Source: Histomonas meleagridis 2922-C6/04-290x
Lineage: Eukaryota; Protista; Parabasalia
DNA length: 64,000 nt
Reading direction: 5' to 3'
NCBI GenBank assembly: GCA_020184695.1
Contig: JAANOX010000259.1
Location: 1 to 64,000, forward strand
Shown here: positions 11,243 to 23,267 of the stretch, one piece after another
Layout of the letters: every line of letters starts with the position of its first letter
Position numbering within the stretch: position 1 is the stretch's first letter
Position numbers and translations under genes: made by a program
The notes under the pieces: model-generated
Databases searched by the model: none
The model's input: only the letters and a program-made list of their open reading frames with translations
What the model was told of the DNA's origin: nothing

Positions 11243-12449
11243 AAAAATATATAAATAAATTAAATGTTTCAATAAACAAAAATTATAATTTTATTTCATT
11301 TTGTATTTTATCATATTATCATTTTGTTCTAGTGCTAATTTCTTCATTAATTAAAATTAATTCTATTTAAATATAATTAATAGGGATTCGGCTCTTTGCC
11401 AATTTTACTGGACTTTTTCAAATCCTAGCCAGCCTAATGGGTAATATTGATCAAGGAGTAACTCCTGAGTCGAAAAATGAATTTTTTGATTATTTTTTTT
11501 TTTAATAAAGCAGTATATATTTTAATTAGAAATAAAATTATTTCATTTTTAATACAGCATTCTTTATGTAAATTAGAAATTTATTATATAAATTTTTATT
11601 CAAAATTTATTTTGTAAATAATTGATATCCTGATCGTTATAAGGTACTCCCGGGTATAAGGGGGGACCCATCCTCTGAATGGGAGATGATTCAGCTCCTA
11701 TCATGTCAACCCCCCATCAAAAATAAGTTAAATTAGCAATACTTAAAAGAAATCAAATTTGTATTAATTTAATTTTAACACCATAATTAACATTTCATAT
11801 TAAATCTATTTTTTATAAATTATTTCGCTAAAACATTTTAATGCTAATTGAAAACAGGTTTTTTCTGTTTCTTCAAAATCTGTTCTGCGAGGTTACTAAA
11901 TTCTTTCAGGTCGCACTTTTGCACAATTTCAGCCACGTTTTTGTTTTGCAGCATATTCGAAAGAAAGTCTTTTCCAACGAATTCACATCGCTCAAATCGA
12001 GAAGTTCCCAAACATTATATGGCACTTCTTTGATATTCCTTATTCTCATTATAGCGCCAAACAAAGAGTCGAACCAACATCGAATTCTATTCCTAAAAAC
12101 TTCATCTTCTAAATTTCCATCGATGAGTGAATTAATGAACTTCACTTCACCTTCCTTAAGAGCGGGAAGTTTCCCCGTTATAGTGTAAGGATTAGTCCTA
12201 GCGTCAACGAGAATGAAATGAAAATAAAATTACTGTCATTATTAATTCAGAAATTAATGCTTGTGATATTAATTTAATCTCATATGAGTTTGTTCTTGCG
12301 CAACATTTTTGGAGTACGTTAATTAACTCCGTTCCTCGCATTTTGTCTTGTTTACTAAAAAACTGCATCAAAATCTGGATTCACTCAAGTAAAGCTTTCA
12401 ATATGCGTCACTTTTTATAGTCCATCTTTACTTCATCGTAAGAGCACAA

Positions 12450-13730
12450 ATGTCTTCTGAACCATTGGATGGAAATCTTCTTAGAAAAACACATTTCCTT
12501 GGGGCTTGGTCAAGTTGTTATGTTGAACTCAATAAAACAACCTTAACAATACGTAAAAAAAAATCATCAAAAAAAGTTGATAAAACAATAGAAATTACAC
12601 ACGACACCAGGATACGCTTCTTAGAAGATTGTAAGAAGCCAAAGATTGTTATTGAAATTGATGATAACCCTAAAAATAATATTTCATTCCGAACAAAAGA
12701 CTCCAATCTTCTCCTCCAGTGGGTTGTGGCATTGCGTTCTGCAGCATTTTACAACCCTCAAATATCAATGGATTCTTTCAAAATTATTGTTGTATTAGGT
12801 CGAGGTTTCTTTGGAAAGGTTATGCTTGTAGAGAAAATCGATACCAAAGAACTCTTTGCACTCAAGACAGTTCATAAAGTTCGACTCATTAAATCCAAAA
12901 AAGTTCAAACGATTTTAGCAGAAAGATCTATACTTGGGAAAGTGAATCATCCCTTTATTGTTGATCTCTGTTTTGCATTCCAAACAGCCGAAAAGTTTTA
13001 TCTTGGTCTTGAATATGTTCCAGGAGGAGATCTTTTTTTCCTTCTCAAAAAATTCAAGAAATTTCCACTTTCCCAAGTGAAGCTATTTATTGCAGAGATT
13101 GCATTAGCTCTTGAGCATCTTCATACAATAGGAGTTGTTTATAGAGATCTTAAGCCTGAAAACATTTTAATTGCCGCTGACGGCCACATCAAACTAACCG
13201 ATTTCGGCCTCTCAAAAAATATCTCAATTCCGAAACTCACCAAAACTTTTTGTGGGACCGCCGATTACATGGCACCCGAAGTTGTCAATCAGAGGCTTTA
13301 TGGCTATTCTGTTGATTGGTGGGCATTAGGGATTCTTACATATACTCTTTTGTTCGGTTATTCTCCGTTTTATGACGAAAATAAAGCAAAGTTGTTCCAT
13401 AATATATCAAATGTGGATCCAAAGTTTCCAGAAGGAACTGATCGTGTTACAATAGATTTTATCTCGGGTTTACTTATAAAAGAACCAGGAATGAGAATGA
13501 GATATGAAAATATTATCGAACACCCATTCTTTAAACCATTTAAATTCGATGATGTACTCTCAAAGAAATATACCCCAGAGTTCATCCCCGAAATTAAGAA
13601 CCCATACAGACCAACATACTTTGATGATGAATTTACAAATGAAGCTGCTGTTGATTCAATAGCAACACCAAACTTAATAACAGAACATGAACAGTTTAAT
13701 GGTTTCTCATATATAGAAGATGATTCATAA
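12450..13730 (+). CDS. PH domain + AGC family Ser/Thr kinase (Akt/PKB-like)
   Basis: N-terminal PH; GRGFFGKV, YRDLKPEN, DFG, TFCGT, APE; AGC C-tail with FNGFSY hydrophobic motif. Confidence 0.95.
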   Translation: MSSEPLDGNLLRKTHFLGAWSSCYVELNKTTLTIRKKKSSKKVDKTIEITHDTRIRFLEDCKKPKIVIEIDDNPKNNISFRTKDSNLLLQWVVALRSAAFYNPQISMDSFKIIVVLGRGFFGKVMLVEKIDTKELFALKTVHKVRLIKSKKVQTILAERSILGKVNHPFIVDLCFAFQTAEKFYLGLEYVPGGDLFFLLKKFKKFPLSQVKLFIAEIALALEHLHTIGVVYRDLKPENILIAADGHIKLTDFGLSKNISIPKLTKTFCGTADYMAPEVVNQRLYGYSVDWWALGILTYTLLFGYSPFYDENKAKLFHNISNVDPKFPEGTDRVTIDFISGLLIKEPGMRMRYENIIEHPFFKPFKFDDVLSKKYTPEFIPEIKNPYRPTYFDDEFTNEAAVDSIATPNLITEHEQFNGFSYIEDDS

Positions 13731-14055
13731 CATGAATATATATTATGCCGATATGCGAAATCATTACTTTCCGGTTTATAGATGTTAATAAATAAGATGT
13801 TCCCTTGGGATTTGGTATTGTATCTATACATGTTTTTGATCTTTAAGTTCATATTAAATAATAAATTTTAATAATTTGAAAAATGCAAATGACTTTCTAA
13901 AATATGTATCCTTTATTACATAGCAAACAGTGAACATATTCAATTTAAGATAAATTTATTCAATAAAAAAAAAATCGTTACCAAATAATGACAAAAAAGT
14001 AAGAAGCATTAATTCTCATAAAAAAAGCATTTTGCATTTATTTTCTTTTTCTTTA

Positions 14056-14595
14056 TCAATTAATTGGTGTGAGTCCTTTCGTAAGATTTTTAACCATATC
14101 TTGGGTAACAGGTCCAATTGAAAGTACTGTTGCAGATCCTGCTGCAATTTGTGTTCTCCCGGCATCATGTATCTTGCAACTTAGCAGGCCCATACTTTTT
14201 GCAAGCTCTCTTTTTTCATCCATTTCATTTTCACTGTTGCAATAATAGAATTTTTTAGGGAAGCTATTTTCATTGAACCAAACTTCAGCAAGTTGAGGAA
14301 ATTCTTTAAGTACTTTGAGAAAAATTCCCAATGAGGCATGACCACATTGTGCAACAATTTTCCCTTTTTGCATTTTTAAGTCTTTTCTAATGATAAAAAT
14401 AGCGCATTGTTCCTTGCTAAGGTCAATTTTAGATCTGTCGAAATTATTTGTTTGATCATCAAAATCTTCTTCCTCTTCTTCAGAGATTTCTTTTTTTTCT
14501 GTACGATCTTTGGTGTTAAAAATCTTATGTATCGCATAACCAACAAATGCTCCTAAACCAAAAATTGCTGTGTATTTTAAAATGGATTTCTTCAT
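14056..14595 (-). CDS. PTH2: Peptidyl-tRNA hydrolase 2 with N-terminal hydrophobic anchor
   Basis: IIRKDLKMQKGKIVAQCGHA and IHDAGRTQIAAGSATVLSIGP motifs. Confidence 0.95.
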   Translation of the reverse strand: MKKSILKYTAIFGLGAFVGYAIHKIFNTKDRTEKKEISEEEEEDFDDQTNNFDRSKIDLSKEQCAIFIIRKDLKMQKGKIVAQCGHASLGIFLKVLKEFPQLAEVWFNENSFPKKFYYCNSENEMDEKRELAKSMGLLSCKIHDAGRTQIAAGSATVLSIGPVTQDMVKNLTKGLTPIN

Positions 14596-14678
14596 TTTGT
14601 AGCTTTAAAAATCAATAGTTTATTAGATTAACGTTCCCTCATTGGTCGGTATTAGGGCCACCCTAAAATTTTACAGAA

Positions 14679-15185
14679 ATGCACAAAACAAATCGAGAGA
14701 TTGTTGTTGCTGAAAATAACAAAGTAGCATCATTTCACGGAAATAATGCAAGACAGATTTCAGATGAAGAAAGAAGATTTGTTAATGCATGTACATCAAA
14801 CATGGTTGCAAAATTATTTTCAAGAATCATCATATTTGCTGCACTTATAATTTTATGTTTTAGAATGTACCGCATACTGTCAAGAGATATTGGGAAAGAA
14901 ATAGAAAAAAAGAATGATGAAGAACAACAAATAATTTCTCAATGTCGGAAAGAGTACATAGAAAATGGTTGCGAATCAAAAAGTGATTTAATCCCAGCAC
15001 TTCGTGACTTTTGTGACGAAAAATTTGATTGTTTTAACTCATCTCCATACGGCGTTGGTCAATCCAAAATTGCGGTCAGATATATTGCACAATTAATGAA
15101 TGAATTTTTTGAAGTGATATCGGATAAAGCAATTATTAGTATTGCACTTATCACTATTATTCTTTTGTACTTCTTTCGCAAGTAG
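14679..15185 (+). CDS. Brr6/Brl1-like nuclear envelope protein
   Basis: Two hydrophobic segments flanking the four-Cys pattern C..EY..N.C...PAL..FC...FDC followed by A..MNEFFE.IS.K. Confidence 0.8.
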   Translation: MHKTNREIVVAENNKVASFHGNNARQISDEERRFVNACTSNMVAKLFSRIIIFAALIILCFRMYRILSRDIGKEIEKKNDEEQQIISQCRKEYIENGCESKSDLIPALRDFCDEKFDCFNSSPYGVGQSKIAVRYIAQLMNEFFEVISDKAIISIALITIILLYFFRK

Positions 15186-15273
15186 AACCATTAAATTATT
15201 GTAAAAAATAAACTATAGAATCAAACAAATCCGTTAATTTATATTTATTTTACATCACATGTCCGGTGGTTAT

Positions 15274-15293
15274 GACGGTTTGGTCTTTCCTTT
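15274..15293 (+). promoter_or_regulatory. Trichomonad M3-like (GACGGTT) and M5-like (CCTTT) core promoter motifs of RPL8
   Basis: GACGGTT at 15274 and CCTTT at 15289, just before the ATG at 15299. The same arrangement precedes RPL7. Confidence 0.65.
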
Positions 15294-15298
15294 CGTTA

Positions 15299-16057
15299 AT
15301 GGGTCATATTATCCGTGCACAACGTAAAGGTAATGGTAATGTTTTCCGTGCTCACACACACCACAGAAAAGGCGCTGCCAAATTTATGCCACTCACAGCT
15401 GCTCAAAGATCAGCACAAATTGTTGGAGTTGTTAAAGATATCATTCATGATCCAGGAAGAGGTGCACCACTTGCTCAACTTGTTTTCCAAAAATCAGGAA
15501 AAGCAGGCCTTGAAAGGCATCTCGTTATTGCACCAGAAGGTATTCATACAGGTCAATTAATTCAAGTAGGTCAAACAGCATCATTACATGTTGGAAACAT
15601 TCTTCCACTTGGACAAATCCCAGAAGGTGCCGAAGTATGCAATGTTGAACATCATCCAGGAGATGGAGGTCGTTATGGAAGATGCTCAGGTGATTCATGC
15701 CGTGTAATCACACATAACGATGATGGCTACACACGCGTTCAACTTCCATCTGGTCGTAAAGTTGTTGTTTCCAGCAATTGCCGTGCATGTCTTGGAGTTG
15801 TATCTGGAGGTGGCCGTCTTGAGAAACCACTTCTCAAAGCTGGAACAGTTGCACATAAATATGCTGCTAAAAGGAAAGCATGGCCAGTTGTTCGTGGTAC
15901 AGCTATGAACCCAGTTGATCACCCATATGGTGGTGGTTCACATCAACATATTGGTAAGCCATCAACAGTTTCACGTAATGCTCGTCCAGGTCAAAAGGTT
16001 GGTCTCGTTGCAGCTCGTCGTACTGGTCGTAGGAGAGGTACAATTTCTGTTGTTTAA
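15299..16057 (+). CDS. RPL8: 60S ribosomal protein L8 (uL2)
   Basis: [11 protein letters not shown]...[10 protein letters not shown]...[25 protein letters not shown]. Confidence 0.98.
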   Translation: MGHIIRAQRKGNGNVFRAHTHHRKGAAKFMPLTAAQRSAQIVGVVKDIIHDPGRGAPLAQLVFQKSGKAGLERHLVIAPEGIHTGQLIQVGQTASLHVGNILPLGQIPEGAEVCNVEHHPGDGGRYGRCSGDSCRVITHNDDGYTRVQLPSGRKVVVSSNCRACLGVVSGGGRLEKPLLKAGTVAHKYAAKRKAWPVVRGTAMNPVDHPYGGGSHQHIGKPSTVSRNARPGQKVGLVAARRTGRRRGTISVV

Positions 16058-16301
16058 ATTTAACGCAAGAATCCCAATTCAAAAAGTTGCACGTAAAACA
16101 CCCCCTTCAAATCTTCTGAAAAATGAGAGTTGTTATGGCGTTTTTCAATGCTTGTAAATGTCGTAAATGTTATGATGAACGATAATCATTTCAATTTAAA
16201 TCCAAAGTAGCCAGGATTTTGTAAAGTTTATTCTGTAAGGGTGTTCAAGAAGTATTCAATTTTTCTTTGCTCTTGGATTTAAATCCCAATTGAACACTTC
16301 G

Positions 16302-19300
16302 ATGATTGTTTGCTTTTTGCTGCAAGCAATATTTGTTCATCAAAGTTTTAGCTACACTAAATCTGTTGTAGGTCATCCCGGTACAGACACTGTTCAAACA
16401 CAAGAATTTGATAGTTATGAAATTCTTGAAGAAGTATCAAAGCCTTCAAATATCAAGTCAGTTTCTGAATTACATGCGTTACACCCAGATAGATATCCAG
16501 AAATTGCAGAATCTGATTATGGTTGGCAAGGTCATAACCCAACAGATGCAAATGCTGTCAAAACAGAAGCTACAGCAATAAAAGAAGACTTTTGTAAGAA
16601 TTCGCCAGATCTTACACAGGATGAACTTTATGCTCATCCTGTTGGAGTTGAACAATTATATGGTGACAAAGAACTTATTTCCAATGCAAAACGTTACAAA
16701 GTTCGTTACATATTTAATCCGAATTATGCAGAACAACATACTACAGCATTATATGTTCCACCAGGCGAGTTAATAACGATTGAACTTCCTGAAAAGCATG
16801 CTAACGGCGTCTCAATTACAGTTAACAATCATGCAGAAAATGTTGATGATGTCACAAGAACTCCACGTTATCCAATATTAGGATGTACCACAAAAATTAG
16901 TATTACAGGTCGTGTTACCAAATTTGGATGGCCACTTGGTGGAAATCTTGTTTTTTTAGTTTTTGGTATTGATAAATATACCAACAATTTTTGAAGTCAA
17001 CATTTCAGGCGTAATATTATCACCATCTTTCCGATATGGTTCCACTACCGATGAAGAATGGGAAGACACAATTCGCCAATATCCAGGTCCGTACACATTC
17101 TTAGACACCGGTGCAGTTCATATTCAGTTACCATCATCAACAATACGCAGTGCAACACAACTAAATGATGCGATGGCATTTCTACGCGGCGTCAGTGTCA
17201 TTACATACAGTGGCGGAGAGATCGCATACAATGATCGCCGAAGTGATGGAAGAGTTCGAAATCCAAATTATTGGTACTTAGATTCGTATGTTCGAGTTGG
17301 GGAAGCTTATGCAGTACAAGGCGCAAATATTGTTCGAGCACCGAATTATTGGTCAGGATCAATTGTTAATTATAACTCGCAGCGCCAGGGCTGCTGGGGA
17401 ACCATTCACGAGTACGGACACCACTTCCAGGATTGGGGCTTCGAGAGATATGGTGAAGCATCGAATAATATATATGCGATAATTACATATTCACTTTACA
17501 CGCCGATTAGTTCCACACGTACACCAAATGGCGACGGAACAATGTCAGCCACGTCCAATGATGGCTGGTCATATGTTACACATCAAAACGGAATTCTTAA
17601 CTACGAAGGAGGTAATGTTGTGTTAACACTTTATGCGAATCTTATGTATGCATTTGGCCAAGAGAAAACGCTCGAAATCATTCATGCAGATCGCTATAAC
17701 ACATATTACTATCACAGCGATGGTGACTCAACTACACTCACACGGCCTGCGCGTTACTTCATGACCGCGTGCAAAGTATTACAGCGTAACTTAATACCAT
17801 ATTTTAATTCGTATGCGTCATTAATTGCTGCGGCGAATCTCAATGACACGACTTATTATAAGGAAGAATCATTGGAAGAAGTTCGCAAAGCAGGTTACAA
17901 AGAATTTCATCCGATTGGACTTGTTTACCAATGCGGATATATCGTTGATGGTGAAGAAACGGAAACGTCGCGTCCGTATCAAGTTCCTGCAGGCGAAACG
18001 ACGCGACTATACTTCAAACGCGACATATTAACGCGAGCGAAATATGGAATGCACGACTTCGAATTTGTTCGGTATTATGGCGGCGAAAACGCGACATTTG
18101 ACTTAGTTGACGAAGGTACATACGATTACACACCGAAAGGCACCTTACTCAATAAGTTTTATGTTGTTTATCGTGATGTTGTCAATAAGGAAGAAACGAC
18201 GTGCATTGTCAAGATACAGCCGACAGTGCAATTTGGCGAAACATTTTCATATTATAACATCGACTTTAAGTCAGGCAATTTGACGCATGGCTTCAACAGC
18301 ATACAAGACAAGGAATACGAGGACAAATATCTCACTACTGGAATTAAGATCAATAATAATTTGAATTATTCGACACTCCCATGGCTCTGCATCAATAAGG
18401 GAAAAAAATTGTTCCACGACAGAGCGGCACATACGTATTCTATATGAAGCATGACGAAGAGGCAGCGTTTTATATCAGTGAACATGAACTCAAAGGAAAT
18501 CCAACAGACGATGCGCCATATTTAATCTTAATTTTAAATGAATGGCACACGAATTATAATACGAATTATCCATCAGAAGAAATTCGACTTGAAGAAGGTA
18601 AAGAATATTATTATCAATTTGTGATGCAAAATGCTGATGGTGATGGCGGCGGAAGTGTTGGATATCGCATTAAAGATTCGAACGGTAATTTCAACTCTGA
18701 CAGTGTCATCGATGTTTCACAGAATATGATTGTTCTCAATGGTTATGGTTCGACAGAAATCATTGACTTTGTGCCGACGATTCCGACATTTTCATGGAAC
18801 TTCGATTACAAAGGCACGAATTCCATAATTCCATCGCCAGACAATTTCACATTTTCCAAATATCCTCCTCTTTTAAGTGGCGAAGGCATTAACAACTCAG
18901 TAAATGGCGGACAATGCGATAGTTGTCGCACGCGCGCAGTTTCAGAAGTTCCGTTTCCACAAGAGTTCGAAATTGACTTTGCAGGATATACTTCATTTAA
19001 TGAAATTGTGTTGGGAAGTAACAAAAACACATTCAAAATGAACTCTACGATTGAATTACGATGTGACAACGAAACGATTTACTTTGGACATTACACGTCT
19101 GATGACGACGACATTTTATTTGATAGATCGTACACATGTTCGAAACTTCAGTTGTACACGTACAATAACACGGAAACATGGATGAACGGTAATCCTGGCG
19201 GCACGTCAATACGCAAGATCGAGTTCAAGCAAAGCGCGCGCTGCAAGCACATCGTACCAATTACACATTCGCAAATGAAAATCAGCGAAATGACAGAACA

Positions 19301-19814
19301 GCGCGCAGGCGTGTACTATAACGGCAAAGGATACATTGGACGAAGCAAAGGCGAAATATCGTTTGAGTTCCGTAACACGAGCAACATCGGAATCATTGGC
19401 GATCTTTACGAATACGGGGGAAGTGCGAAAGTGTATTTGGATGACGAAGAAATCGGAACATTCGACACGAGCAAAATGACAACATCACAAAAGAACTCGC
19501 GCGCGAACGGAGCGGAAACGCGTCTGTACATGTCGCTGCTGTTCATAATGAACGACATCGACGCCGAAAGTGTCCACGAACTGAAAATCAGCGACATCGA
19601 TGGCGAAGTCGCAATCGCAGGATTCATAACAGACGACGGCGTGCTGTTGTCAGGCGAAGGCTCCTTTACACCGGCAGAAGAGGGCAGCAAATCGCTAAGC
19701 GATGGAGCGATTGCGGGAATTGTAATTGCTGTGCTGATTGTGGTGGCAATAATTGTTGTGGCAACTATTATAGTGCTCAAGAAGATGAAGAAGAAGGACG
19801 ACTCATCGGCTTAA
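16302..19814 (+). CDS. M60-like (enhancin-like) zinc metallopeptidase surface protein with carbohydrate-binding-like domains and a C-terminal TM helix; two apparent homopolymer frameshifts (~16990, ~18402)
   Basis: Signal-like N-terminus; TALYVPPGE; WGTIHEYGHHFQ plus GEASNN (HExxH...E); PA14-like segment; TM GAIAGIVIAVLIVVAIIVVATIIVL followed by KKMKKK. Confidence 0.85.
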
Positions 19815-20016
19815 GTTAGAAATAAATAAATAATTTTGAGTGTTTTGAAATTAAATTTTTGGTTTTATGATTTATTGTTCTAAACGCATTACAACGCAAA
19901 TTATGTTTTATCATTAATTAATTTTTGATTAGCGATTAATGAAATGCGATTGGAATTGACATGGTTTGTTTGACATATATTCGTTTTTAAATTTGGAAAA
20001 CAGAAGGAAAAACAAA

Positions 20017-20667
20017 ATGAAAACGTCGCCTTCAAAGAAAACAAAAACGCAATCTTCAATATCGTCTTTGTACCAAACAGTAACAGCGCCGGCTGTAGAT
20101 TTTTCGATGCAAGAATTACGTGAATTTTCGGAAATGTCACTTGAGCAAAATAAGAATAAAACAGAACTTGACAGGCTTATACGTCGCCATGGGGCAGATA
20201 AAGTAATTGTTAACTGCCTTCGTGTTAATAATAATAAGATCAGTAGTTGGATCAATTTTTTATCAACACTTCGTTCAATGCCAGTTATTGATCTTAATAA
20301 TATTGCATGGATTGATTTGTCATTTAACCAACTTCAAAGTATTGAATCCAGCATTTGTAAACTTAAAAATCTTCAAATGCTTCATTTACATGGAAATCAA
20401 ATTCATGATATTCGTGATGTCACTAAACTTACAGAACTCACACAGCTTAGGGATCTCACACTACATGGGAATCCAATTGAAGAACGGGGTCGAGGAAAGT
20501 ATCGTAATTTCATTATTGGAACACTTCCACATCTTCGTTCGCTCGATTTTACTTCTCTTACAGAGAGAGATAAAAGCAGCGCAATCTCATTTTGCAGTAA
20601 TCCATCTCTTCTCAGATCAGTTCTTACAGATGAAGAACGTAAAAAAAAGCCTGAACGAACAAAATAA
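20017..20667 (+). CDS. Leucine-rich repeat protein, LRRC51-like (flagellar type)
   Basis: WIDLSFNQL...MLHLHGNQI...LTLHGNPIE...YRNFIIGTLPHLRSLDF. Confidence 0.8.
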   Translation: MKTSPSKKTKTQSSISSLYQTVTAPAVDFSMQELREFSEMSLEQNKNKTELDRLIRRHGADKVIVNCLRVNNNKISSWINFLSTLRSMPVIDLNNIAWIDLSFNQLQSIESSICKLKNLQMLHLHGNQIHDIRDVTKLTELTQLRDLTLHGNPIEERGRGKYRNFIIGTLPHLRSLDFTSLTERDKSSAISFCSNPSLLRSVLTDEERKKKPERTK

Positions 20668-20928
20668 ACTTTTGTAATTACAACAAATGCTTTTATAAAT
20701 AAAATGGTTGGTTTCTTTTCTTATTTCATAAAACATATTGTTAAGAAAATCTTTATAATATTGTCAAAGCAAGTGCATTAAAATGATTAATTTTTGGTTG
20801 TAGTTCAAATATATCAAAAATTTGGGTAACAGCGTTTTATTTTACAAAAGACTGTCGAGCCAATTTACTTAAAATCTTGACTATAACCGTTGGAATCATA
20901 AAAATTTTGCATGGAAATTTTGTGAATA

Positions 20929-22044
20929 ATGAAGGAGGTTTTTATTCAATTTATTCAATCAATTTTTATTCTGGTTGGAAAATGCTCTGAAATTTCAATC
21001 AAACCCTTTGACTACTTTCGAAGTATTGCTGATTTTTATTATTTCGTCATTACCAACATGATATGTACAATTGCAGGATACTTTTTGGTGATTCTAATGT
21101 CATCAGTAATTATAATTAAGTTAATATATTTCTCAACTTTTATCGAAATTATCCAGCCAATTAATGATCCCTCAAATATTAACATTGATTCCAAAAAAGA
21201 AATCAGATTCTTGCAATACAACATATACTTGCGACCAAAATTACTCCATCTTTTTACGGATGAGTATATGAAAGAAAGATCATTACTAATTGCAAAAGCA
21301 ATAGCTGATTATGATATAGTTTGCTTAAATGAAGCTTTCCATTATGGTTCATCAATTATTAAAGAGTTTTTATCAAAGGTAAAAGAATATGGATTTAATC
21401 ATTCTGCAACACTCCATAAACACAACTTTTTCTCGCGATTTTTTGTAGACGGAGGTGCCTTAATCATATCTAAATACCCTATAATAGAAATAGACACAGC
21501 AATTTATTCAGATGGAACTCATTCAGACAAATTTTCAGCAAAAGGAGTGATTTACACAAAAATCCAAATTTCTAAAAATAAGCACATTCATGTGCTTTCG
21601 ACACATTTACAAGCTTCATATGGATATGGAACTGAAGAGGACCGAAAAGTTAGATCTAGTCAAATCGGACAAATTGTTGGTATTATCAACAAGCACAAAG
21701 ATAATTTTCCGATCTTTTTACTTGGTGACATGAATACGGATTCTATTGGAAACGAAAAAGAATATTATAGATTAATGAATCTACTTAATGGAGATGAAAA
21801 TTATGAAATTCTTGACACATTATATCTTACACAAGGATATCATCCTGTAACATCTTCTAAGCTTACAAACGCAGAAGTAGCAGACAAAAAATGTTTTGAT
21901 TATATATTTTTGTTCAATCATAAACATGACGATACTGTTGCCAACTTTTCGTCCAGTGTAAGAAAATTTGAAATAAAAGGGAAGCCATATAATCGGTTAT
22001 CTGATCACTTAGCTGTCGAATCTGTTATTAAATTTAATATATGA
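20929..22044 (+). CDS. Endonuclease/exonuclease/phosphatase family protein, neutral sphingomyelinase-like
   Basis: QYNI, DIVCLNEAF, SKYPI, KGV, STHLQA, LLGDMN and SDHLAV motifs; N-terminal hydrophobic segment. Confidence 0.85.
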   Translation: MKEVFIQFIQSIFILVGKCSEISIKPFDYFRSIADFYYFVITNMICTIAGYFLVILMSSVIIIKLIYFSTFIEIIQPINDPSNINIDSKKEIRFLQYNIYLRPKLLHLFTDEYMKERSLLIAKAIADYDIVCLNEAFHYGSSIIKEFLSKVKEYGFNHSATLHKHNFFSRFFVDGGALIISKYPIIEIDTAIYSDGTHSDKFSAKGVIYTKIQISKNKHIHVLSTHLQASYGYGTEEDRKVRSSQIGQIVGIINKHKDNFPIFLLGDMNTDSIGNEKEYYRLMNLLNGDENYEILDTLYLTQGYHPVTSSKLTNAEVADKKCFDYIFLFNHKHDDTVANFSSSVRKFEIKGKPYNRLSDHLAVESVIKFNI

Positions 22045-22270
22045 ATATTATTTTACTTGTAAGTAAATGCTTACTACTAGTAGTTCTCATTTTTTTTTTT
22101 TTTCTTGAATAAAATCAATTTTTGTTTGTTATTAATTAATAAATGCACATTTTTATCAATTTAACTTTTTAAACTTATTGCTTTAAAATATCAATTTTAA
22201 GTGCTTTTAAAGCCAAAATCATGTGAATATAGATGTTGTTTGGGATGTTAAAAAAAAATTTCCTTCAAAA

Positions 22271-22290
22271 AACGGTTTTGGCCGACCTTT
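22271..22290 (+). promoter_or_regulatory. M3-like (AACGGTT) and M5-like (CCTTT) motifs of RPL7
   Basis: AACGGTT at 22271 and CCTTT at 22286, six bases before the ATG at 22297. Confidence 0.65.
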
Positions 22291-22296
22291 TACTGA

Positions 22297-23016
22297 ATGT
22301 CGAAGCCACTGCCCGAAACACTTCGCAAGATTCAAGAACGCAAACAAAAGGAATCTGCCGAATATACAAAGAAGCGTGATATTCTTGCACAAGAAGCCCA
22401 AGCACGTGCTGAGCGCATCTTGGCACGTTCCAAACAATATGCTCAAGAACTTGTTGCTAACGAAAAGGCAATAATTGAAGCTAAAAATAAGGCTGCTGCA
22501 GAAGGCGCATTCTATGTTCCAGCTGAGGCTAAGGTTGCTCTTGTTATCCGTATCCGCGGTCTTAACGGTATTGACCCAAGAACTCGTAAAATCCTTCAAC
22601 TCTTCCGTCTTCGTCAAAGACTTAATGCAGTTTTCATCCGCATCAACAAAGCAACTCTCGAAATGCTCAAACGTGTAGAATCATATGTTGCATATGGATA
22701 TCCATCACCAGAAGTTGTCCGTCAACTTATCTTCAAACGTGGTTATGCTGCTGTAAATGGTCAACGCCTTCCACTCACAACTAATGATATTGTATATGCA
22801 ACATTAGGAAAGTTTGGCATTGAATCAGTTGAAGATGTCGCACATGAAATCTACACATGCGGTCCAAACTTCACAGTTGCTAATAGATTCCTTTGGCCAT
22901 TCCAACTCAATACTCCAAAGGGTGGTTTCCGTCAACCACGCCGCCACTACGTTGAAGGAGGAGATTTTGGCAATCGCGAGAACCTTATTGATAACCTCGT
23001 TCTTAGAATGATCTAA
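22297..23016 (+). CDS. RPL7: 60S ribosomal protein L7 (uL30)
   Basis: FYVPAEAKVALVIRIRG...KILQLFRLRQ...NRFLWPFQL...HYVEGGDFGNRE. Confidence 0.98.
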   Translation: MSKPLPETLRKIQERKQKESAEYTKKRDILAQEAQARAERILARSKQYAQELVANEKAIIEAKNKAAAEGAFYVPAEAKVALVIRIRGLNGIDPRTRKILQLFRLRQRLNAVFIRINKATLEMLKRVESYVAYGYPSPEVVRQLIFKRGYAAVNGQRLPLTTNDIVYATLGKFGIESVEDVAHEIYTCGPNFTVANRFLWPFQLNTPKGGFRQPRRHYVEGGDFGNRENLIDNLVLRMI

Positions 23017-23267
23017 AGATTCAAACATTACTTTTTTAAATTTTTTATCTATTAGACATATTTTCTAATAAGTCTTATCAACCGCTAAATTTTTTAAAAA
23101 ATAATTTGATTCGAAATAAAATTTCATATCAAAAGAGAAATTCGAATTTTTGCCAAAATGATGATAAAAATTTTATGTGGAAAACCGCTTTTCGATTATT
23201 GAATTTATCTATCGGCAACCGTTGTCCCAGTAATAAGAAAATTAGAAATTTTACATTTTATTAGTTC

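Noticed and set aside
11820-12320. Minus-strand coding-like segment (79-aa ORF plus flanks) and a possible 36-nt GT-AG intron
   Set aside because: Needs two frame changes, the GT-AG excision gives an immediate stop, and no domain is recognisable.
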